Shown here one piece after another: positions 13,199-24,673 of a DNA stretch of 64,000 nt. Both the position numbers and the translations under genes were made by a program. Below the pieces are notes generated by a model. That model was not told the DNA's origin. It ran no database searches and saw only the letters and a list, made by a program, of their open reading frames with translations. This stretch comes from Octopus sinensis. Its lineage: Eukaryota. The first letter of the stretch is position 1. Each line of letters opens with the position of its first letter. The stretch is taken from contig NW_021834485.1 of assembly GCF_006345805.1 (NCBI RefSeq), positions 4,085-68,084 of the forward strand. The letters run 5' to 3'.

Positions 13199-13509
13199 GC
13201 CTGTGGTTATATATAAGTACCCTATTTTTAAATGCCTACAACCTCAGTATGTTGACACCTATAGGCAATGAAAATGAAATTATCTACTTTCAGCCATAGC
13301 CTGAAACAGCTGTAAGAAGTGATTTTAACGATTTCATTAATTTATATTATGACTTTTATAATTTGTATTCTTATCTTATATCATATAGGTATTGAATTAT
13401 AAGATATATATGTATGCTATTGATGTTCTCATTTTGTTAAATGAATAAATAATCCAACATTATAATATCCGAAAGTTGATGAACAAACAAAATTTGTTTC
13501 TCCATTTTC

Positions 13510-13559
<50 letters not shown>

Positions 13560-13598
<39 letters not shown>

Positions 13599-13812
13599 AA
13601 ATGGGAGAAGAACGCAAAACATCCGGACAGCTAGATGATACAAAAAGCGACAACAAAACATCCAGATAGACGATACAAGAAAACAAGTCAAGCACCAGAT
13701 TATCCTCGCAATTTCGGCTGATTATTCTTGAGATTGCTCCAATCTGGCCAGCCCCAAGGTAAAACTAAGCTAATAGCATTAGATTCCTTGGAAGAAGCAG
13801 CGAATAAATACA
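13560..13812 (-). mobile_element. Penelope-like terminal-repeat fragment next to (TA)n
   Basis: Homologous to 46080-46330 (GCAATTTCGGCTGATT...TGGCCAGCC..CAAGG...GCATTAGAT). Confidence 0.55.
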
Positions 13813-14265
13813 CAGATAAGGGTCGGTAACCCCTGTAGGGATTTCTTCAATTCCTAGCTTTTTGCTCGGCCCTATTCATTTCCTTTTTGTAAGTGTTAGT
13901 AAAATGTCTCTCGGTTAATGTGTCGAATACAGTTCAATTGCACTAAACAGATGCCTTCAGAATTACGCTTATACATATATATATAATTTTTAACAGGAAA
14001 TACATTAAAGTTATCTATACCAGTCTACCCAACATAAAGTCGATTATAATTAACACAGCATTAACAATAGCATTAGAAACAAAGACACAGCCTCACACAG
14101 TTGCTGTAACTGTAGATTCTCCAATAACTGTCCCCTAACAGTATAATCACATGTAGCCATATACAAAATGGAGACGGTTTGCCAACATTTTAAAGTGGAA
14201 CAATTGAAAATCCGAACTTTTTCACATGAATGTATTGATAAAACTGTTAATCCATAAAAAGTATA

Positions 14266-14301
<36 letters not shown>

Positions 14302-14412
14302 TGTATGTACAAATGTATGTATGTATATATGTATGTATGTTTATATATATGCATGTATATATATGTATGTACATATATAAATATAATCGCACGTATATAT
14401 AATATATATATA

Positions 14413-15109
14413 TGACTTAGTGGTTCACCAAACGAGATCGATAAAATTACCTAGCCTTTCCCCAAACGAGATCGATAAAATGAACTAGCGGTTCAACAAA
14501 CGAGATCAATAAAATGACGTAGCGGTTCGGTAAACGGATTCGATAAAATTATTTAGCAGGTCGCCAAACGAGATCGATAAAATGACTTAGCGGTTTGCCA
14601 AACGTGATCGATAAAATGACGTAGCAGTTCGCCAAACGAGATGGATTAAATGACGTAGCGGTTCGCCAAAGGGGTTTGATAAAATGACCTAACGGCTCGC
14701 CAATCGAGATCGATAAAATGACGTGGCGGTTCACCAAACGAGATCGATAAAACGACGTAGCGGTTTAACAAACAAGATCAATAAAATGATTTAGCAGTTC
14801 GACAAACGAGATCGATAAAATGACGTAGCGGTTCGCCAAACGAGATAAAATGACGCAGCAGTTCGACAAATGAGATCAATAAAATGACGTAGCGGATCGA
14901 CAAGCGACAACGATAAAATGACCTAGCGGTTCGCCAAACATGATCGATAAAATGACGTAGCAGTTCACCAAACGAAATCGATAAAATGACATAGCGGTTC
15001 GACATACGAGATCGGTAAAATGATTTAGAGGTTCACCAAACGAGATCAATAAAATGACATAGCGGTTCGACAAACAAGATCCATAAATTGACTGTGTTTC
15101 AGCAAACGA
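14413..15109 (+). repeat. 34-bp minisatellite, about 20 copies, SINE-B derived
   Basis: Consensus TGACGTAGCGGTTCGCCAAACGAGATCGATAAAA; units start at 14413, 14447, 14481 and so on. Confidence 0.95.
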
Positions 15110-17430
15110 TGGGAAGTTCCGAGGAGGTTTGCTGAAAGTTTGGTCGAAAACAGCCAGGGCAGTTGCAGGGATTTTCTAACTTCCCTGAAATTTGGTCGAA
15201 AACTTCCTGGGAAGTTCCAAGGTTTTTCTAAGTTCCGGGAAGTTTGGTCGAAAAATTCATGGGAATTTCCGATTAATTTCTAACTTCCCGGAAGTTTGGT
15301 CGAAAATTGCCTGAGAAGTTCGTAAGATTGTCTAACTTCCGGGAACCTTGGACAAATAATTCCTGGGAAGTTCCGAGGATTTTCTATCTTCCGGGGAAAT
15401 TTCTTTGAAAAATTCCGAGGATCTCATGGAAAGTTCCGAGGATACCCCCAACTTCCTGAAAAATTGGTCGGAAACTTCCGGGAAAGTACCGAGAAATCCA
15501 TGGAAAGTTCATGGGATTCTCCAACTTCCTGGGAAATTGGTCGAAAACTTCATGGAAAGTTCCGATGATTTCATAGAATGTTCCGGGTATTCCCCCAACT
15601 TCCTGGATAGTTCCGAACAATTTTTCCAGGAAGTTGGGGGAATACCCGAACGTTCATGGAATCCTCCAGGAAGTTTCCGAACATTTCCCAGGAAGTTTGG
15701 AGAATCCTCGAAACTTTCCGTGAGTACCTGGAACTTACTAGGAATTTTCCAAACAATTTTCCAGGAAGTTTGGAGAATCCTCGAAACTTTCCGTGAAGTA
15801 CCTGGAACTTACTGGGAATTTTCCAAACAATTTTCCAGGAAGTTAGGGGGAATCCTCGGAATTTTCCAGAATGTCTCAGTCCAATTCTCAAGGAATTTGG
15901 CGTTCCCAGAACTTTCCATGAAATCCTCGGAACTTTCCAGGAAGTTTCCGATCGATTTTCCAGGAAGTTGGGGAATCCTGGGACCTTTCCATAAAATCCT
16001 AGGAACTTTCTAGGAAGATTCCGACCAATTTCCAGGAAGATTCACGCCAATTTTCCAGGAAGTTAGGGAATCCCCGTAACTGTCCAAGTTTGGCATCGAT
16101 TTTCTAGGAAGTTGGGGCATCCCCGGAACTTTCCATATAGCCTGGGAACTTCCAGGAAGAATCCCACCTAGGAATTTGGGGGGAAATCCCCGGAACATTC
16201 CAGGAAGTTTCCGATCGATTTTCCAGGAAGTTGGGGAATCCTCGGACCTTTCCATGAAAACCTAGGAACTTTCCAGGAAGAATGCGACCAATATCCCTGG
16301 AATTTGGGGAATCCACGGAACTTTCCATGAAATCCTCGGAACTTTCCAGGAAGTTTTCGATCGAGTTTCCTGGAACTTCCAAAAAACTTTCGCTAAATAT
16401 CGGAACTTATCCAGAAAGAATCCGACCAATTTTCCAGGAAGTTGGGGAGATATCCGGAACTTTCCTTGAAATCCTTGGAACTTTCCAGGAAGTTTCCGAT
16501 CTATTTTCCAGGAATTTCGGGAATCCCCGGAACTTTCCATGAAGATTTCGATGCATATTCCAGGAAGTTTGGGGAATCCTTAGAAATTTCCGTAAAATTG
16601 GTGAATCCACGGAACTTCCCTTGAGGTTTGGGACCGATTTACCCGGAACTTTCCATGAAATCCTCGGAACTTTCCATGGAGTTTCCTACCAATTTTCCAG
16701 GAAGTTAGTGGAATCTCCGTAACTTTCCAGTAATTTTCGGTCGATTTTCCAGGAAGTTGGGGGAATCCCCGGAACTTTCCGTGTAGTTTCCAAACAATTT
16801 TCCAGGAAGTTGGGGAATCCTGGGATATTTCCATGAAATCCTCGGAACTTTCCTATCTAATTTCCAGGACATTGGAGAATCTCTAGAACTTCCCAGGAAG
16901 TTTCCGACCGATTTCCCCGGAAGTTGTGGAATCCTCGGAACTTTCCATGAAATCCTCAGAACTTTCCAGGAAGTTGGAGAATCCCCGGAATTCCATAAAA
17001 TCCCAGGAATTTTCCTCCAATTTCACAGGAAGTTGGGGTCCTCGGAACTTTCTAGGAAGTTTCCGATCAATTTTCCATGATGTTAGGGTAATACCCGGAA
17101 CTTTCCACGAAATCCTCGGAACTTCCCTGGTAGTTGGGGAATTCTCGGAATTTTCCATGAAATCCTCGGATTTTAGGAAGTTTCCTACCAAAACTCCAGG
17201 AAGTTGGGTGAATTCCCGGGACTCTCCATGACTCTCGAGGAAGTTTCCGACCTATTTTACAGGAAGTTGGTGGAATCTCCGGAACTTACCATGCAATCCT
17301 CGGACGTTTTCGACCAATATTCCAGGAAGTTGGGTATCCCCGGACTTTCCATGAATTCCTCGGAACTTTCCAGGAAATTTCCGCCCAATTTTCCCGGAAG
17401 TTGGGGGATCTGCGGAACTTTACATGAGAA
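15110..17430. repeat. GGAA/TTCC-rich satellite, 52- then 73-bp units, orientation switch at about 15616
   Basis: TGGTCG recurs at 15141, 15193, 15245, 15297 (period 52) and 15465, 15538 (period 73); after 15625 the reverse-complement unit GAACTTTCCATGAAATCCTCGGAACTTTCCAGGAAGTTTCCGATCGATTTTCCAGGAAGTTGGGGAATCC repeats. Confidence 0.93.
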
Positions 17431-17853
17431 TCATATATATAATATATATACACGTATATATAGTATATATATGAATCTGTGCGATTGAGTAAAAAATGGT
17501 TTAAGTGAAAAGTTAGTCTAAAATGTATACAGGAATTATTCTCTGGCTACGCGTTCGTATTTGCAACAATTTCACATTTAAAATATACCATCTGACTATT
17601 AATATAGCAAAATTATTATCAATGGACCTGTCATATTATCAATAATAGCTACCTATTTTTCTAAGTTGATTTTAAATACCATTTTCGCAATTAATTTCGG
17701 ATATACGAACACTCTATTAAAGTATTTTACAGACAGAAAAGTCGTAAAAGTTTTATTGATATTTCGGCAGTCTTCGCAATCTTTCCGGTTTTCCTTTATC
17801 GGCCAGTCTATAATCAGCATTTATTTCTTGTGGTTCTCTATCCGTCTGTCCAC

Positions 17854-17885
<32 letters not shown>

Positions 17886-18384
17886 CACGTCACTCTTTCT
17901 CTCCCTCTCCCTCTTTCTCCCCATCTCTCTGCTTTGTTTTTCTCCGCGGTTAACAGCGATACGCGTTTTATATAAAACAGTTGTATTTTTAGAAACCCCA
18001 ATTCGTATCCGGAAAAAAATAGACAGACATATATATATATATATATATATATATGCATATATTTTAATATATTTTAATGCTTATTCATAACATTTAATTC
18101 TGTGTGTCTTTTCGTCTAAGCTAACTAAAAATGCATACGCACACACAAACACACAACACACGCACGCACACACCACACACACATTGTATATATATATATA
18201 TACTATATATATGCACATATGTACACATAGTATGCAATAGATTAAATCTATAAGTTTTAGCAAACTCCCGTGTAAACACCGTGTGTGTATATCCAGTATC
18301 ATTGTAGACAGTCAAAGAGATCTCGACTAGTGTAGTTTCAATCTTTAACTTCATCACCGCCGAGAATCACCCTCATACTGTTGT

Positions 18385-18687
18385 TGTATATATTGTTTAT
18401 CACCGTGACCACCGTGACCGACCACACATCGCTGGTCACAATGCACTTCGCCTTGTTTTAACTTTCAAATGACTCCACCCAGCTTGCTAAGCGACCAGGA
18501 CAACAGAAGAAAGAGTGAGAGAAAGTTGTGGCGAAAGAGTACAGCAGGGATTGCCACCCCCCTGCCGGAGCCTCATGGAGCTTTAGGTGTTTTCGCTCAA
18601 TAAACACAACGCTCGGTCTGGGAATCGAAACCACGATCCTACAACTGCGAGTCCGCTGTCCTAACCAGTGGGCCATCGCGCCTCCAC
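18385..18687 (-). mobile_element. tRNA-derived SINE family C
   Basis: Reverse complement head TGGAGGCGCGATGGCCCACTGGTTAGG...GTTTCGATTCCCAGACCG; second copy at 30405-30600. Confidence 0.8.
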
Positions 18688-18863
18688 ATATTGTTTATAC
18701 ACACCCTTAAATAAACTGAATCTTTCTGCTTACAGTCGAACCGGCAGGAAACTCAATTGATGACTAAAATTGTCGATGCCTTTGTTGTGTCAAGTTTCAA
18801 TGCTGTACTTGCTACGAAATACATCTATAGATATCTAACCAGCACACCACTGCACACTCACAC

Positions 18864-18904
<41 letters not shown>

Positions 18905-19230
18905 GCACACACACACACATACACACACATACACACACATACACACGCACGCACACACACATATATATATATATATATTATTAAATGACACTTTGGCTCA
19001 GCTCCGTACCGCTTAATTTTTTGCTGGATCGTAGGACGAACCCATCTCGTCAGGCATGCAGAGAAGATATTAAAAGAGGCTCACAGGTCCATCATAGGAG
19101 ATGACGAAACTTTGGGTTGTATAGAACTGAGTCAAACTGTCATTAAATAATATATGTTACTACTACCAATACTGTTGGGTACCACTTTCTTTCGTATGTG
19201 TGTGTGTGCGCGCGTGCGTGCTTAGAGAGG

Positions 19231-19269
<39 letters not shown>

Positions 19270-19592
19270 GAGAGAGAGAGAGGAGAGAGAGAATCAAGCA
19301 GACAAGCGAATAGGCGCATTCATCATGTTTGTATATACAATATCAACGTGAACAAAAGTGGGTTCGCACGAACGAATGCCAATTCTACGCTGAGATTTCT
19401 CCTCTTTTTGATTACCTATTTTCACTATCCATGAAGAAACTGCTTTAAAAACGCCACCATTACTGAGAGCATATTGAAACTGGATATTCCAATTTGCATA
19501 TATAACGCATTCTTCTATATAAAAAAAAACAGACAAGCTTTTACATCTGTGTACACATGTAATGCTGCTTCAAAAAACAAAAAAATATGCTA

Positions 19593-19750
19593 TAGTCGAG
19601 CAAATCGACCCCCAGGACTTATTCTTTGTAAGCCTAGTACTGATTCTATCGGTCTCTTGCCGAACCGCTACGTTACGGGGACGTAAACGCACCAGTATCG
19701 GTTGTCAAGCGATGTTGGGGCGGGGAACAAACACAGACACACAAACGTAT

Positions 19751-19781
<31 letters not shown>

Positions 19782-19900
19782 CGACGTACTTCTTTCAGTT
19801 TCCATCTGCCAAATCCATTCACAAGGCTTTGGTCGGCCCGAAGCTATAGTAGAAGACACCTGCCCAAGGTGCCACGCAGTGGGACTGAACCCAGAACCAT
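19593..19900 (-). mobile_element. SINE family B, truncated
   Basis: Reverse complement of the family B body. Confidence 0.85.
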
Positions 19901-20033
19901 CTTTAGCATTCGGCTGAAGCATTGTAAAGACAGAAGTAATCTATTAATTTGTAGTGACTCCCAGCATTGGTGAAGGGTTTAAGAACCAAATGGAAACGGT
20001 AAGTTTCGATTGATATTTAAATTTATCCCAGTA

Positions 20034-20443
20034 GGCGTAGGAGTGGCTGTGTGGTAAGTAGCTTGCTTACCAACCACATGGTTCAGGGTTCAGTCCCACT
20101 GCGTGGCACCTTGGGCAGGTGTCTTCTACTATAGCCTCGGGCCGACCAAAGCCTTGTGAGTGGATTTGACAAATGGAAACTGAAAGAAGCCCCTCGTATA
20201 TATGTGTGTGTGTGTGTGTGTATACGTTTATGTGTCTGTGTGTGTGTCCCGCCCCAACATCGCTTGACAACCGATACTGGTGCGTTTACGTCCCCGTAAC
20301 GTAGCGGTTCGGCAAGAGACCGATATAATCAGTACTAGGCTTACAAAGAATAAGTCCTGGGGGTCGATTTGCTCGACTAGAGGCGGTGCTCCAACATCGC
20401 CACAGTCAAATGACTGAAACAAGTAAAAGAGTAAAAGAGTAAG
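20034..20443 (+). mobile_element. SINE family B, full length
   Basis: Head GGCGTAGGAGTGGCTGTGTGGTAAG through to the (GTAAAAGA)n tail. Confidence 0.9.
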
Positions 20444-20450
20444 AATGTGT

Positions 20451-20489
<39 letters not shown>

Positions 20490-20629
20490 AACATAATAAT
20501 CTATCAGTGTTTTAATCTGTGCATACGAAGCGTTTATGATCTCCCTTGTTTTTACCCATATATGGACATATTTACATCTCCCGTCACTCTTTTCCTCGCA
20601 CTCTTCCTCTTATCCCTTGGAGATATACA

Positions 20630-20879
20630 CTTTTATTCTTTTATTCCTCTACTTGTTTCAGTCATTTGACAGCGGCCATGCTGTAGCACCGCCTTTAGTC
20701 GAACAAATCGACCCCGGTACTTATTCTTTGTAAGCCTAATACATATTCAATCGGTCTCTTTTGCCGAACCGCTAAGTTACGGGGACGTAAACACACCAGT
20801 ATCGGTTGTCAAGCGACGTTGTGGGGACAAACAGACACACGCACACACACACACAGACACACACACACATATATATATG

Positions 20880-20934
<55 letters not shown>

Positions 20935-21022
20935 GGCTTCTTTCAGTTTCCGTCTACCAAATCTACCCACAAGGCTTAGTCGGGCCCATGTGCAACACAG
21001 TGGGACTGAACCCGGAACCATC
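20630..21022 (-). mobile_element. SINE family B with internal (AT)n
   Basis: Reverse complement of the family B tail and body. Confidence 0.8.
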
Positions 21023-21226
21023 TTCATCTCCGTTCTCTGCTTACTTGGATTCCTCTTTATAGACACTATTTCCTGGGACTTAGTCCTCGTAAGGAATCAT
21101 TTGAGCGATACTTCTTCCTACATTGAACATTTCTGGATCTCATCTGATTGACTCTCTCTCGCTCTCTCATATATTATGGTAGTTATAATATATAGTACCA
21201 CACATATATATATATATATATATAAT

Positions 21227-21279
<53 letters not shown>

Positions 21280-21815
21280 CATACACTTATATGTACGTGT
21301 GTGTGTGTGTGTGCATGTGGTGTGTGCGGTGTATGTTGTGTATCTATCAATTGGTATCTGAGAAGTGTAGGGATTAAAAAGTAACAATAAAAAAATGTAG
21401 ACAGAAGTTGGAGCCAATAACGACTTAATGTTGACCAAATACTCTCAACCCACCCACCAACCCACCAACTCACTTACAACTACAACAGCAACCACAACAC
21501 TCACCCCACCCCATCTACATCACAACAAAAAACAAAAAAGCATATTCTGCCATCATCTTGCTATGTCGAGTATTTGATCCCTAGACGTGCCTGTGACGGC
21601 CATGTTGAACTGTTGGCCTGTAAGCCAAGGCAGTCAAGCTGTTTATGGCGAATATTCTGATAATATGACATCAAATAACGGATTGAGAATGTGAGCTGAG
21701 CTTTGCATTAGGGTTTAGCGTAATCGCTGTTAGCTGACATTTGTCTGATGTCCATTGATGCCGATATGTATGTTTGTGTGTGTGTCTCTTTGTAGGTTTT
21801 TGTGTGAGCTTGTGT

Positions 21816-21875
<60 letters not shown>

Positions 21876-21907
21876 GTGCATGTGTGTGTCTACATTTAGA
21901 TAGATAT

Positions 21908-21972
<65 letters not shown>

Positions 21973-22065
21973 CAGATAGATAGACTGACAGGCAGGCAAG
22001 CAGAGAGACAGATAGATAAATAGATAGATAGATATGCATATATATATATATATATATAAATGTGA

Positions 22066-22272
22066 CCGCGTGTGTACCGTTGGCGATTTTTTTTTTCCTC
22101 CGTCTTCCCTTCTCTGGATCTTTCCTTCTCCTATGTTTCCGACGAAGAGCTCCGCTCGAAACGTTAAACCCTCCTTCTTCCCTTCCTTCCTGAGCGTCCA
22201 ATAATACTATATTTGTTCCACGTCCTCGCGTTGTTGTGTTTTCTCTTTGTGTTTCCATGTTTGGATTAACTT
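22066..22272 (+). mobile_element. About 200-bp hammerhead-bearing Penelope-like/retrozyme-like repeat
   Basis: Near-identical to 60389-60590 (-) and related to 41660-41830; flanked by (TA)n. Confidence 0.7.
22135..22169 (+). ncRNA. Minimal type I hammerhead ribozyme motif (variant CCGACGA core)
   Basis: GTTT-CCGACGA-A-GAGC-TCC-GCTC-GAA-ACGT-T-AAAC: stem I GTTT/AAAC, stem II GAGC/GCTC, palindromic stem III ACGT. Confidence 0.6.
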
Positions 22273-22303
<31 letters not shown>

Positions 22304-22317
22304 TTATTTTATAGAAG

Positions 22318-22370
22318 GAGCTTCTACAGGACTAGTACTGTTTCAATCAAATGAAATCATCAGGAAGCTC
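22318..22370 (-). ncRNA. Type I hammerhead ribozyme motif, canonical core
   Basis: Minus strand GAGCTTC-CTGATGA-TTTCATTTGATT-GAA-ACAG-TACTAGTC-CTGT-A-GAAGCTC: 7-bp stem I, 4-bp stem III, GUA cleavage triplet; stem II is weak. Confidence 0.65.
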
Positions 22371-22394
22371 TTAGATATATATATATATATATAT

Positions 22395-22635
22395 ATCCTT
22401 CGAACGTTTAGTAGATGAAACCTTAGCGATGAAGAAGCGATTTTTCGTTGTGCTTATTGTCTTGTATCTCTCTTTTTTTTGCTTGTCTTGTTCCTGGTTT
22501 GTGTCTATGTGTTTCGTCTCTCTATGTGTTCGACGTCCTTTTGGTGTCCTGTACACATATATGCGTGTATATGTACATGTAGAGGTAGGTACGTACATAT
22601 ATGTTTATATATATGCATATGTTCTATTTTATTAA
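22395..22635 (+). mobile_element. Penelope-like terminal-repeat family 2, degraded copy
   Basis: Close match to 49972-50215. Confidence 0.65.
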
Positions 22636-22881
22636 CATATATATATATATACATACATATCCTTCATCTTTTATCTTTTACTTGTTCCAGTCATTAGACT
22701 GCGGCCATGCATCCTTGAAATAGTTCGGTCAAACTCATCAGTGTCAATACTTTTTTAAGCCTATCTCTTAATCTATCGTTCTCTTTTGCCAAACCGATAA
22801 GTTACACTGACGTAAGCTTATCAGTTCCGTTTGTCAAGCGGTGGAGGAACAAACACACACGTGAACACACACACACACATA

Positions 22882-23685
22882 CAGTAATACCTGATTTTAT
22901 AAGGACCTGTTTTACGAGACCCCGAAATTACGAGTTATGTTATTCAAGCAAACGATCCAAATTTTGAACGAATTGCAAAAGTGTTTATCATAGCAAATGG
23001 TTCTGCGTGCTACCGAGAAATTTAGAGAGAGTAAAAAAAATGCTTCTAAGCAAACAACTCTAGACTTGTTATTTAAAAAGAAATCTACCGGATTGGTGGA
23101 TAATTATTGCGGCTTTTTTCAACGCATTTTATTCAACAAAAATAATAACATGTAACAAAAACATCTGTAAATGATTATTCCGGAGCATACTCACCATCTA
23201 CTTCAATTACTACCCCCCATTTACTTAGCAGACATCAGACCATCATTTAAAGATGTTTTTTGCTAAATATTGTTATTGTTTTTGTTGAATAAACTTTGTT
23301 GAAAAAAGGCCGCAATAATTATGCACCAACCCAACACAAGTACGTCGAAGACTGTTTATGTAGGGGCGACCGCGTCTACAAGTGACGGTGTGCGGGAGTC
23401 TAGTGTGAGTGAAAATGATTCAGAAAATGATTATAATGATCATACTTTCTATTACAAATGACCTTGATATTCTTCCTACATTATATAAAACATTCTTTAC
23501 ATTCTACTGTTGTTCTATTGCCATTTATTTACGTGTATTATAAATTTTACAGGTAAAATACTTTTCTGGGAACGAAATACGATTTATAACATTGCTACTA
23601 TGGTAAACTATTGCCCTGCTTTATAAGTTGTCGCTTTATGAGTGGTCTCCGGGAACAAATTAACTTATATATCGAGGCATTAGTG
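22882..23685 (+). mobile_element. pogo/Tigger-type non-autonomous DNA transposon
   Basis: TA|CAGTAATACCTG left end and CGAGGCATTAGTG right end; internal KQTTLDLLFKK (about 23048-23080) resembles a Tigger transposase C-terminus. Confidence 0.55.
23088..23334 (-). mobile_element. Mariner-derived MITE nested in the Tigger-like element
   Basis: About 65-bp TIRs GG(A/T)TGGTG(G/C)ATAATTATTGCGGC(T/C)TTTTTCAAC, similar to Hsmar1/MADE1-type ends; interior encodes a mariner C-terminus SKWGVVIEVDGEYAPE* on the minus strand. Confidence 0.8.
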
Positions 23686-23913
23686 TGTGCCACAATCAAA
23701 AGACGGTCATACCTGCTTCTAAATTCTTCCTACAACATTAAGCGACACAAAGTTCACTCACACATGCACATATAAACAGCCAAAACCACACACACACACA
23801 CACACAAACACACACAACACATGCACACACATACGTACACACACGTTCTATTACACGCTCACGCAGACTTGCGCGCACGCACATACCCACACATGCCTCC
23901 TTCTCTTCCACTC

Positions 23914-24093
23914 TCTTGTCTTAGAAAGAGCTTTTTTATTCACCCATTCCTTTCCGGTCATTTCAAAATGTAACTACATGTGAATCGTTGGCGATTTCCT
24001 TCCTCCGTCTTCCCTTCTATTAGACTTTCCTCTGTTTCTGAAGAAGAGCGTCTACTCGAAACGTTAAACCGTCTTTCTTTCCTTCCCTGCTAA
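23914..24093 (+). repeat. 180-bp direct repeat copy 1, with hammerhead motif at 24034-24069
   Basis: About 6 differences from 24674-24853; GTTT-CTGAAGA-A-GAG-CGTCTA-CTC-GAA-ACGT-T-AAAC. Confidence 0.85.
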
Positions 24094-24673
24094 TACATTA
24101 CATGTACCACGTCCTCGTTACTGATTTCATGGACTGCGTCGGTGCTGGAACACCGCTTTCAAGTGTCTAGTCGAACTAATGTACTCCACTACTCATATTT
24201 ATACATGGTACTTGTTATTTCGGTCACATTTTGCTGAACACCGAGGTTACAGAGATGTGAACAAACCAACACCGGTTCTCAAGCCGTTGTGGAGGCCAAA
24301 CACAAAGACACACACACATTCACACACAAACACACATGCACATACATATGTATATACGGATATATATGTGTGTGTGTGTATGTATGTACATATATCTATT
24401 TATCTATTTAATCTATCTATCTATCTATATATATATATATATATATACACATATAGATATGTATACACATATGTATGCATATATATATATATATACACAC
24501 ACACATACATGCACACACACATACATACACACACACATATATATAGGCTTCTTTCAGTTTCCGTCCACCTAATCCACTCACGAATTTTTGATCTACTTGG
24601 TACTATAATAAAAGCCGTTGAGAATCAAACATTTTACGACATAGTCACGCCTGTACCTTGAACCAAGAACGCT

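Noticed and set aside
13290-13320. GAAACAGCTGTA (and GAAACAGCTGTC at about 57805-57816, minus) as complete hammerheads
   Set aside because: The 3' half with palindromic stem III is present but no CUGANGA box survives upstream; treated as decayed Penelope-like remnants.
14413-15109. CRISPR-like array (34-bp repeats)
   Set aside because: Units are contiguous with no unique spacers, there are no cas genes, the context is eukaryotic, and the unit matches a SINE segment.
15384-17488. Many overlapping ORFs up to 202 aa
   Set aside because: They arise from a stop-poor satellite on both strands with frame-breaking unit lengths.
17965-17978. Palindromic TATA-like element GTTTTATATAAAAC
   Set aside because: Short AT palindromes are expected by chance in this composition; no other support.
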